Source: Haliotis rufescens (lineage: Eukaryota). Taken from it: DNA of 64,000 nucleotides. Every line of letters begins with the position of its first letter. The stretch's first letter is position 1. The notes under the pieces were generated by a model, which saw only the letters and a list, made by a program, of their open reading frames with translations, ran no database searches and was not told the DNA's origin. The stretch lies in contig NW_025963890.1 in assembly GCF_023055435.1 (NCBI RefSeq), positions 33,914,001 to 33,978,000 on the forward strand, read 5' to 3'. A program made the translations under genes and the position numbers. Below, piece by piece: positions 13,101 through 24,087 of the stretch.

Positions 13101-16100
13101 CACCACAACACAAGCAGTCAACCTCCCTTATGTGTACCTACACAGGGAGACTCATTTAACACCACAACACAAGCAGTCAACCTCCCCCATGATTACCTAC
13201 ACAGGAAGACTCATTAACACCACAACACAAGCAGTCAACCTCCACCATGTGTACCTACACAGGGAGACTCATTTAACACCACAACACAAGCAGTCAACCT
13301 CCACCATGTGTACCTACACAGGGAGACTCATTTAACACCACAACACAAGCAGTCAACCTCCACCATGTGTACCTACACAGGGAGACTCATTTAACACCAC
13401 AACACAAGCAGTCAACCTCCCCCATGATTACCTACACAGGAAGACTCATTTAACACCACAACACAAGCAGTCAACCTCCCTTATGTGTACCTACACAGGG
13501 AGACTCATTTAACACCACAACACAAGCAGTCAACCTCCCCCATGATTACCTACACAGGAAGACTCATTAACACCACAACACAAGCAGTCAACCTCCACCA
13601 TGTGTACCTACACAGGGAGACTCATTTAACACCACAACACAAGCAGTCTACCTCCACCATGTGTACCTACACAGGGAGACTCATTTAACACCACAACACA
13701 AGCAGTCAACCTCCCCCATGTGAACCTATACAGGAAGACTCATTTAACACCACAACACAAGCAGTCAACCTCCCTTATGTGTACCTACACAGGGAGACTC
13801 ATTTAACACCACAACACAAGCAGTCAACCTCCCCATATGTACCTACACAGGGAGACTCATTTAACACCACAACACAAGCAGTCAACCTCCCTTATGTGTA
13901 CCTACACAGGGAGACTCATTTAACACCACAACACAAGCAGTCAACCTCCCCCATGATTACCTACACAGGAAGACTCATTTAACACCACAACACAAGCAGT
14001 CAACCTCCTTTATGTGTACCTACACAGGGAGACTCATTTAACACCACAACACAAGCAGTCAACCTCCACCATGTGTACCTACACAGGAAGACTCATTTAA
14101 CACCACAACACAAGCAGTCAACCTCCACCATGTGTACCTACACAGGAAGACTCATTTAACACCAACAACACAAGCAGTCAACCTCCCTTATGTGTACCTA
14201 CACGGGGAGACTCATTTAACACCACAACACAAGCAGTCAACCTCCCCATATGTACCTACACAGGGAGACTCATTTAACACCACAACACAAGCAGTCAACC
14301 TCCACCATGTGTACCTACACAGGGAGACTCATTTAACACCACAACACAAGCAGTCAACCTCCCCCATGATTACCTACACAGGAAGACTCATTAACACCAC
14401 AACACAAGCAGTCAACCTCCACCATGTGTACCTACACAGGGAGACTCATTTAACACCACAACACAAGCAGTCAACCTCCCCCATGATTACCTACACAGGA
14501 AGACTCATTTAACACCACAACACAAGCAGTCAACCTCCCTTATGTGTACCTACACAGGGAGACTCATTTAACACCACAACACAAGCAGTCAACCTCCCCC
14601 ATGATTACCTACACAGGAAGACTCATTAACACCACAACACAAGCAGTCAACCTCCACCATGTGTACCTACACAGGGAGACTCATTTAACACCACAACACA
14701 AGCAGTCTACCTCCACCATGTGTACCTACACAGGGAGACTCATTTAACACCACAACACAAGCAGTCAACCTCCCCCATGTGAACCTATACAGGAAGACTC
14801 ATTTAACACCACAACACAAGCAGTCAACCTCCCTTATGTGTACCTACACAGGGAGACTCATTTAACACCACAACACAAGCAGTCAACCTCCCCATATGTA
14901 CCTACACAGGGAGACTCATTTAACACCACAACACAAGCAGTCAACCTCCCTTATGTGTACCTACACAGGGAGACTCATTTAACACCACAACACAAGCAGT
15001 CAACCTCCCCCATGATTACCTACACAGGAAGACTCATTTAACACCACAACACAAGCAGTCAACCTCCTTTATGTGTACCTACACAGGGAGACTCATTTAA
15101 CACCACAACACAAGCAGTCAACCTCCCCCATGATTACCTACACAGGAAGACTCATTTAACACCACAACACAAGCAGTCAACCTCCCTTATGTGTACCTAC
15201 ACAGGGAGACTCATTTAACACCACAACACAAGCAGTCAACCTCCCCCATGTGAACCTACACAGGGAGACTCATTTAACACCACAACACAAGCAGTCAACC
15301 TCCACCATGTGTACCTACACAGGAAGACTCATTTAACACCACAACACAAGCAGTCAACCTCCACCATGTGTACCTACACAGGAAGACTCATTTAACACCA
15401 ACAACACAAGCAGTCAACCTCCCTTATGTGTACCTACACGGGGAGACTCATTTAACACCACAACACAAGCAGTCAACCTCCCCATATGTACCTACACAGG
15501 GAGACTCATTTAACACCACAACACAAGCAGTCAACCTCCACCATGTGTACCTACACAGGGAGACTCATTTAACACCACAACACAAGCAGTCAACCTCCCT
15601 TATGTGTACCTACACAGGGAGACTCATTTAACACCACAACACAAGCAGTCAACCTCCCCCATGATTACCTACACAGGAAGACTCATTTAACACCACAACA
15701 CAAGCAGTCAACCTCCACCATGTGTACCTACACAGGGAGACTCATTTAACACCACAACACAAGCAGTCAACCTCCACCATGTGTACCTACACAGGGAGAC
15801 TCATTTAACACCACAACACAAGCAGTCAACCTCCCCCATGTGAACCTATACAGGAAGACTCATTTAACACCACAACACAAGCAGTCAACCTCCCTTATGT
15901 GTACCTACACAGGGAGACTCATTTAACACCACAACACAAGCAGTCAACCTCCCCATATGTACCTACACAGGGAGACTCATTTAACACCACAACACAAGCA
16001 GTCAACCTCCCTTATGTGTACCTACACAGGGAGACTCATTTAACACCACAACACAAGCAGTCAACCTCCCCCATGATTACCTACACAGGAAGACTCATTT

Positions 16101-18485
16101 AACACCACAACACAAGCAGTCAACCTCCCTTATGTGTACCTACACAGGGAGACTCATTTAACACCACAACACAAGCAGTCAACCTCCCCCATGATTACCT
16201 ACACAGGAAGACTCATTTAACACCACAACACAAGCAGTCAACCTCCCTTATGTGTACCTACACAGGGAGACTCATTTAACACCACAACACAAGCAGTCAA
16301 CCTCCCCATATGTACCTACACAGGGAGACTCATTTAACACCACAACACAAGCAGTCAACCTCCCCATGGTTACCTACACAGGGAGACTCATTTAACACCC
16401 CAACACAAGCAGGCAACCTCCCCCATGTGAACCTATACAGGGAGACTCATTTAACACCACAACACAAGCAGTCAACCTCCCCATGTGTACCTACACAGGG
16501 AGACTCATTTAACACCACAACACAAGCAGTCAACCTCCCCATATGTACCTACACAGGGAGACTCATTTAACACCACAACACAAGCAGTCAACCTCCCCAT
16601 GTGAACCTATACAGGGAGACTCATTTAACACCACAAAACAAGCAGTCAACCTCCCCCATGTGTACCTACACAGGGGGACTTATTTAACACCACAACACAA
16701 GCACTCAACCTCCCCCATATTTACCTACCCAGGGAGACTCATTTAACACTACAACACAAGCAGTCTACCTCCACCATGTGTACCTAACAGGGAGACTCAT
16801 TTAACACCACAACACAAGCAGTCAACCTCCCCCATGTGAACCTACACAGGGAGACTCATTTAACACCACAACACAAGCAGTCAACCTCCACCATGTGTAC
16901 CTACACAGGGAGACTCATTTAACACCACAACACAAGCAGTCAACCTCCCTTATGTGTACCTACACAGGGAGACTCATTTAACACCACAACACAAGCAGTC
17001 AACCTCCACCATGTATACCTACACAGGGAGACTCATTTAACACCACAACACAAGCAGTCTACCTCCACCATGTGTACCTACACAGGGAGACTCATTTAAC
17101 ACCACAACACAAGCAGTCTACCTCCACCATGTGTACCTACACAGGGAGACTCATTTAACACCACAACACAAGCAGTCAACCTCCACCATGTGTACCTACA
17201 CAGGAAGACTCATTAACACCACAACACAAGCAGTCAACCTCCCTTATGTGTACCTACACAGGGAGACTCATTTAACACCACAACACAAGCAGTCAACCTC
17301 CCCATATGTACCTACACAGGGAGACTCATTTAACACCACAACACAAGCAGTCTACCTCCACCATGTGTACCTACACAGGGAGACTCATTTAACACCACAA
17401 CACAAGCAGTCAACCTCCACCATGTGTACCTACACAGGAAGACTCATTAACACCACAACACAAGCAGTCAACCTCCCTTATGTGTACCTACACAGGGAGA
17501 CTCATTTAACACCACAACACAAGCAGTCAACCTCCACCATGTGTACCTACACAGGGAGACTCATTTAACACCACAACACAAGCAGTCTACCTCCACCATG
17601 TGTACCTACACAGGGAGACTCATTTAACACCACAACACAAGCAGTCAACCTCCCCATATGTACCTACACAGGGAGACTCATTTAACACCACAACACAAGC
17701 AGTCAACCCCCCCCCCCATGGTTACCTACACAGGGAGACTCATTTAACACCACAACACAAGCAGTCTAGCTCCACCATGTGTACCTACACAGGGAGACTC
17801 ATTTAACACCACAACACAAGCAGTCAACCTCCCTTATGTGTACCTACACAGGGAGACTCATTTAACACCACAACACAAGCAGTCTACCTCCACCATGTGT
17901 ACCTACACAGGGAGACTCATTTAACACCACAACACAAGCAGTCTACCTCCCCATGGTTACCTACACAGGGAGACTCATTTAACACCACAACACAAGCAGT
18001 CAACCTCCCCATGATTACCTACACAGGGAGACTCATTTAACACCGCAACACAAGCAGTCAACCTCCCCCATGTGAACCTATACAGGGAGACTCATTTAAC
18101 ACCACAACACAAGCAGTCAACCTCCCCCATGTGAACCTATACAGGGAGACTCATTTAACACCACAACACAAGCAGTCAACCTCCCTTATGTACCTACACA
18201 GGGAGACTCATTTAACACCCCAACACAAGCAGTCAACCTCCCCATATGTACCTACACAGGGAGACTCATTTAACACCCCAACACAAGCAGGCAACCTCCC
18301 CCAAATGTGTACCTACACAGGGAGACTCATTTAACACCCCAACACAAGCAGGCAACCTCCCCCAAATGTGTACCTACACAGGGAGACTCATTTAACACCC
18401 CAACACAAGCAGGCAACCTCCCCCAAATGTGTACCTACACAGAGAGACTCATTTAACACCCCAACACAAGCAGGCAACCTCCCTC
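10200..18485. repeat. ~58-59-bp satellite, ~140 copies, with 1703-bp (29-mer) higher-order duplication; fills intron 2
   Basis: Monomer tgtgtacctacacagggagactcatttaacaccacaacacaagcagtcaacctccccca. Variant landmarks and repeat ORFs recur at exactly +1703 (11136/12839, 11429/13132, 11782/13485, 12076/13779). Confidence 0.97.
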
Positions 18486-18494
18486 CATTATACC

Positions 18495-18628
18495 CTCTCT
18501 CACACACACACACATATACACTCACTCTGTCACACACACACATACACACTCACTCCCTGTCAAACACATACACACACTCACTCACTTACTCTCTGTCACA
18601 CACACACACACACACTCACTGTCACACA
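18495..18628. repeat. Imperfect (CA)n/(CACT)n microsatellite abutting an assembly gap
   Basis: Direct reading. Confidence 0.9.
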
Positions 18629-18796
18629 NNNNNNNNNNNNNNNNNNNNNNNNNNNNNNNNNNNNNNNNNNNNNNNNNNNNNNNNNNNNNNNNNNNNNNNN
18701 NNNNNNNNNNNNNNNNNNNNNNNNNNNNNNNNNNNNNNNNNNNNNNNNNNNNNNNNNNNNNNNNNNNNNNNNNNNNNNNNNNNNNNNNNNNNNNNN
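18629..18796. other. Assembly gap (N-run)
   Basis: Run of n. Confidence 1.
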
Positions 18797-18843
18797 GACA
18801 TCCGCCCCCTCTCATGACGTATGATCCCAAACAGCAGTCCTAC

Positions 18844-18958
18844 CAGCAGAAGGTTCCCTCATCAATGCCTGTACGTGATGCTTGTCTGGAGAACACTTGG
18901 TTACATTCAGTCGCCTTGATACACTGCGATACACCGCGGACGGTGCTCATGAGGTGGA
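18844..18958 (-). CDS. Exon 2 of the GPI-anchored protein gene: (V)HLMSTVRGVSQCIKATECNQVFSRQASRTGIDEGTFC(W)
   Basis: Acceptor gtttatgtttcag| and donor |gtagga. 115 bp, phase 1 to 2. The terminal TG joins the first G of exon 3 to give Trp. Confidence 0.78.
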
Positions 18959-19602
18959 CTGAAACATAAACGTGACATGCACATGACTGTGTAGGAAGCA
19001 TGCCAGGCTTTTAAGATACACACAAGGAAATAACTAAGCACCCTGTGTTTGCGACAATCTATGTGCACCAACGTGGTATCACAACATGGGCACGTCGTGG
19101 TTACACTCGCAACTGATTCGAAGGATTTGTGAGTTGTCTTCATGAGATTACAATGAACGTTCTGGGGCTTAGTAATTGTTGTTCCCATTTTGACTCATTA
19201 CAGTACTGATGAAATACTGTGTTATTCACGTACTTATTGACCACTGCCATCTTTATCTGTGCTTTCTTTCGTCAAGAGCCTCATCTTCCGCGAGTACTGC
19301 CATGTTGTTAGACATACATGGTCGAAGAAACGGGGACTGCTTCATTTCCAGGTGTATAGAATAATAACGATCGGTTTTTGTAAAATCAGTAAACCTGAGG
19401 TTTGTACACGACGTCAAGCTAAATGTTTATTCCTAAGTGTGAGAGAGTGAGTAGAGTGTTTCAATTATGTCGCGACGGGTCAGATTAATGTGCGGGGAAC
19501 TAATGGAGTGGACGTTGACATCTTCAGTGAAACACAAGAGTGCCTATATGGTATTTGTGAGGTGAAAAGGGGTTTAACGTCGCGTTCAAGAATATTGCAC
19601 TT

Positions 19603-19766
19603 NNNNNNNNNNNNNNNNNNNNNNNNNNNNNNNNNNNNNNNNNNNNNNNNNNNNNNNNNNNNNNNNNNNNNNNNNNNNNNNNNNNNNNNNNNNNNNNNNN
19701 NNNNNNNNNNNNNNNNNNNNNNNNNNNNNNNNNNNNNNNNNNNNNNNNNNNNNNNNNNNNNNNNNN
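19603..19766. other. Assembly gap (N-run)
   Basis: Run of n. Confidence 1.
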
Positions 19767-19960
19767 TGCCGATTTTATAGTGCTAGCCCATTGAGAAACC
19801 ATGCCGTAGTTTAACACGAATACCCAATTCAGACACAGTGTACTGACTCCGAGGAGTCAGTCCTTGTTTCAACCACTTATGCCGAGCGCCAGGCAGGGTA
19901 ACAACAAGTACCATCTTTTAGCGTCTTTTGGTATGATGCGGCCGGACATCGAACCTCACG
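19767..19960 (-). mobile_element. tRNA-headed SINE fragment (Meta/V-SINE-like core); related fragment at ~24560-24640
   Basis: agcgccaggcagggtaacaacaagt...ttttggtatga is shared with ~24580. A reverse B-box (tcgaacc) lies at ~19950. Confidence 0.5.
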
Positions 19961-20494
19961 AGTCGGTCCGGTATGGAACTGACATGTATCAGTAGATCCT
20001 GGCTCGAATGGGCACAACGATTCGGTTTGTAGAGACGCAGTTCAAGTTTGTTATGCATCCTATCTCACGATATGAAATTACGTTTCAACCAGGCCCCGTA
20101 AGGATTCCGGGCCAGAATAGGTACCCAGTCTCTCCATGCTGTAAGAGCCCACTAATGATCACTGGCTAGTTACACCGTGTCACCGCTGCTGATCATGTAT
20201 GTGATATCGTACTCAGACGACGTGGATCGTTGCTGATGTTGTTGACCCTACCCCTTATATACATGCCGTCTTGGAATATCACTGCGGCGCACCACAACAT
20301 GCATATACTACAACCGCTGGTTCTTCACAGGAACTTCAACTATCAGTTCTCCACATTTCGCTACTACGGGAATCGAACCAAGTTGATATTGTGATACGAG
20401 AGGTGGGGTCCAGGTTAACACGTGGTTCCTGCAACGAGGTATGGCACTATCTGTTGTCTGTTAGATGAGGGGCGGCGCCTAGAGATCTCCCATC

Positions 20495-20702
20495 CAACCA
20501 TCAATATTCCAGCTTTATGACGGCGGTTCATAAATAGTCGAGTCTGGACCAGACAATCCAGTGACTGACATCATGAGCATCGATTCAGGCAATTTGGATA
20601 TGACATGCAATCAAGCCTTCCCACTCAATCCACTTACTCGCCTCTTATGACAAGCATCGGCTGCTGTGGACCGGCATCCTTACCCGGGATCCCTACGGGT
20701 CT
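20495..20702 (-). mobile_element. SINE-like repeat family A; an oppositely oriented degenerate copy lies at ~20095-20300
   Basis: aatattccagct...cgagtctggaccagacaatccagtga...catgagcatcgat...cgcctcttatgacaagcat is shared with 30935 and 32675. Confidence 0.75.
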
Positions 20703-20742
20703 TATCCTGAGAGTTTGATGGCAAACCACAAGAGAGATTTAT

Positions 20743-22337
20743 GGCCAGGTTCACTACAGTGCCGATTATGGCTCCCGTTTGAGATCAGACAGCGCTACGA
20801 CCCGAAAAGTGAAAAAGTCGGATTACTATCCTCAATGACCGATATGGAATGTCCTATCATTGTCTGAACGCAGTCGTATACGTGCTACCCCCATCACAAC
20901 AAACTAGTTCTCAATACTTTCGTGAAAATGTTGTCGAACGGGCTCCAACTGTGTATGAACGTAGTGGACGTAGTAACAACTATCGACAGTCTTTTTACGA
21001 ACTTCATGGACGGGCTCGGACGGGGAGGGTGCTCTAGAACTTTGAGTCTGCTAAAAATTGTATCCCGTCCATCCCGTTCTGCAATTAGTCGGACTGACAA
21101 CGTACTTAAAACGAGAAAGACGTATTACGAACAGAATTGCCGTACTTCGAACGGAATTGCCGCACTTCGAACCTACTAGGGACGTGTTACGACGAGGTGC
21201 AGTCGGACATAAATTTCAGTACGTGTGCACACCGACAGGGTCGACTTCTCTTTGGAGGCATGATGTGTACAGCTCGGGGCCCTGAACTTGAATGAAGACT
21301 GGCTACAACGCGCTCGGTACCCATAGGAGTCGAGCCAGGACGGGCCAGGACGCGAATACACACGCACTTGGGACGAGATGAGGACGTATTGCGAACGAGT
21401 TGGTCGGGTTAAGAATTAGTTAGAACTGGCTTGGACGTATTGTGGACGAGATAGAGCGAGGTTGAGCTGGTTAAGAACGGGTTCAGAACGGCTACGGACG
21501 TGCTCGAACTGCTTCGAAACGTTGTCGGGATGAGGTGAAAGGGCACTTTTACACATCTGAACTGGATATATACAAGGACTGCAGACTGGCTAAGAACGAG
21601 ATAAGAACGAGATAGACGTATTGAGGACTGCTTATGAACGAACTAGCATCGTATTTTACGCCAAACTACGCGTTCTACCGTGATCACAGCCCGTTCTAGT
21701 ATTTTGTTTAGAACGGGGTAGAACGGGATAGAACTACTTTAGTGTGATGGTAGCATTCGTAACAGTCCTACGGATCGAGAAAGGTCCAGAGAGGTCGCGG
21801 CCAAGCACTCCCGTAACATTCGGGAAACTCAGCCGATTATGTCTAGTCGGACTACAATCGTGACTATGCCGTGACAGATTCTGCTGTATCGGATCAAAAT
21901 CGTAACAATGTCCTGTGTTGTCTGGACGGTGTCTTGTGGATCGGAACGCTGGCGTGATGAACGGGCATGAATTGTTCATTGCCGTTTCTTGTTGCTTGAG
22001 TCCAGATTGCGTCCAGATCTTGCCGAATGCGAACCGTCTTTGTCGGTTCACTGTCCGATCACTGTCGGATCTATGTCGGATCGCATTCGGGAGAATAGGG
22101 ACACCGTCGGGACAGATTCGGTTGTTATTTACCATGCGGAAGAAACAAATCAGATCAGATTCGGATTGAAAACGGGAGAATCGGGCCGAATTCGGCTGGG
22201 ACGCTTTCTGAACAATATATCTGATTGTGAATTTCCCGCCACAAATCACAGGATCTTGATCAGACTTTTGACAAATTTTTATGGGGAATGCTCCTATCAT
22301 GGACGGCAGTAAAAATCCTGAATGCGTGACTGAGCCC
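20743..22337. mobile_element. Non-autonomous TIR element (MITE, PIF/Harbinger-like ends) containing a nested second MITE at ~20882-21757
   Basis: Outer imperfect TIRs are ggccaggttcac...aaaaagtcggattactatcct versus the reverse complement gggctcagtcac...caaaagtctgatcaagatcct. Inner TIRs are tgctacccccatcacaacaaactagttct versus the reverse complement tgctaccatcacactaaagtagttct. CpG-rich; no transposase. Confidence 0.55.
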
Positions 22338-24056
22338 ATATTTGTCACACAAATATTTCACCATACTGATAAAATTGTCACGTGTGTAAATAGTGAATTG
22401 TACAGGCTTTTTCGAGCTGACAGTTCGTGTACAATAAGTGTATTTGTTTGCAAGCCCATTCAGCTTTAAATCCCACACACGCCGCTGTGGACACACAATT
22501 AATACTTTTACAACACCTTGCTCATCAGTTCATCACACAAACATCCTACACCTCCACACTAATCGTTATCATGCTTATGACTGCTTACACAAGTAAAGTT
22601 ACGATTGTATAAACTTTAAGTGATATTTTCAGCATGTAGATAGACATTAGTATTGAAGTTCGAGGATGTATCCACTTGGTCCTAAATAAAGGTGTTCATA
22701 TCAATCCCGTCATTATTTATCAGCGCTACACTCTGACGCAGACATTTTTATCTAAACGTGGGTGGTAACAGGCTTTTCAAACCCCGACTTCTACAACGCC
22801 AACTGCACTGGCCTACTAGCTCCATGATTAGTAGCACAGCCTGCAGATTTAGCAATAGGCTAATCAGAGCCCTTCACCTACACGACAGTGAACACTTACA
22901 AGCTGACCTAGCTAGTGCTATAGGTGTGGCCAACATTCATCGATTTTATGGTGAGGCTTTTCACCCTTTAGTCGTGTTATATCGAGGGTTTATATTGTGT
23001 CCGAGGTTGCCAGGAGATAGACTTAAGACGTAAAAAATTACATTTTCGATTACGTCCACAGCATCTAAACCTAATGCATTTTATCTGGATTAAAAGTTTT
23101 ATCCCGAATTTTAATAGTTTGCGGAAATATTAGGACAACCTTATAAATCATCGATCGGAACATATTTGATTTCGTTGATAAATATTCAATAATTCATCTA
23201 TATTTCACGTCCGTCGTGAAGTCGCCTTGACTTGCAGCTGAAAAGTACAGACAATATTACCATAGACGCGATACTTGTGGTTAATATTTGGATGTTTCAG
23301 AAATAAGGCGGATATATCTGTAGTGTGCTGCATTGTAGGATACGGTGACTTGAAGTGCGTCGCTGATAGTACCTGGTTGACCGCATGGCGCTCATATTTC
23401 AAAACAGTAATGTGAAAGGGTGGATTTATGTTGGTATATTCAACTCTTCAGCATACCGAGGACATTTTACAGTGTAGACTCACAACTGTACAGTACATGA
23501 CGTATCACGTGATCAAGAAATGTACATACGCTGACAGGTGATACGCCCATTAGTGACGAATGGTTATGGCTAAAAATAACTTGAGCAAAATTCCGCCTAA
23601 ACGAGCACAAGCGAGCACGATTAATCATAATAGTGACAGAACATGCAGTTTTTAGGAAATGCAAGGAGAGAGAAACATTCTCTTGGCTCCTAATGTAGCG
23701 ACAATGCAACCCATCACCACCGCCTACAATTACTTGTCTGTTACGACAGGTATTTCTGACTTTTTAAACGTGTCATCCCGTAAATATGAATAACGACTTT
23801 CAGATCAACCACAAGTCACGAGACACACTGTTACTCCGTGCCAAGCTGGTCAGGGCCCGTGTTTTAGTGGAAGTATAGCGACAATGTTCCCACAGCTAAA
23901 ACGCTAAACAGAAACATCACCTGCCGTTACACTTGGCTACACTTCTCAAGTACGGGCAGGACAACAACGACTAGACTGGGTCAGGACGTTTATAGTAATA
24001 TATACACAATGAAGAAATGTCGTGATCATCGTCAGACACAATACAAGATGGCTTAC

Positions 24057-24087
24057 CTGAACACAGTATTGCCAAAACGTATTTCAT
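24057..24087 (-). CDS. Exon 1 (coding) of the GPI-anchored protein gene: MKYVLAILCS(V), signal peptide N-part
   Basis: aaaATGaaatacgttttggcaatactgtgttcag|gtaagc. Phase 1 matches exon 2, giving the signal-peptide-like MKYVLAILCSVHLMSTVRG. Confidence 0.7.

Noticed and set aside
10250-18485. Many repeated ORFs (MYLHRETHLTPQHKQSTS...) and CRISPR-like periodicity
   Set aside because: The unit length is 58-59 bp, so frames break constantly. There are no unique spacers or cas genes; it is a eukaryotic intronic satellite.
21734-22348. 204-aa ORF as a transposase or gene
   Set aside because: No catalytic or domain motifs; it lies in a CpG-rich MITE arm where stops are rare.
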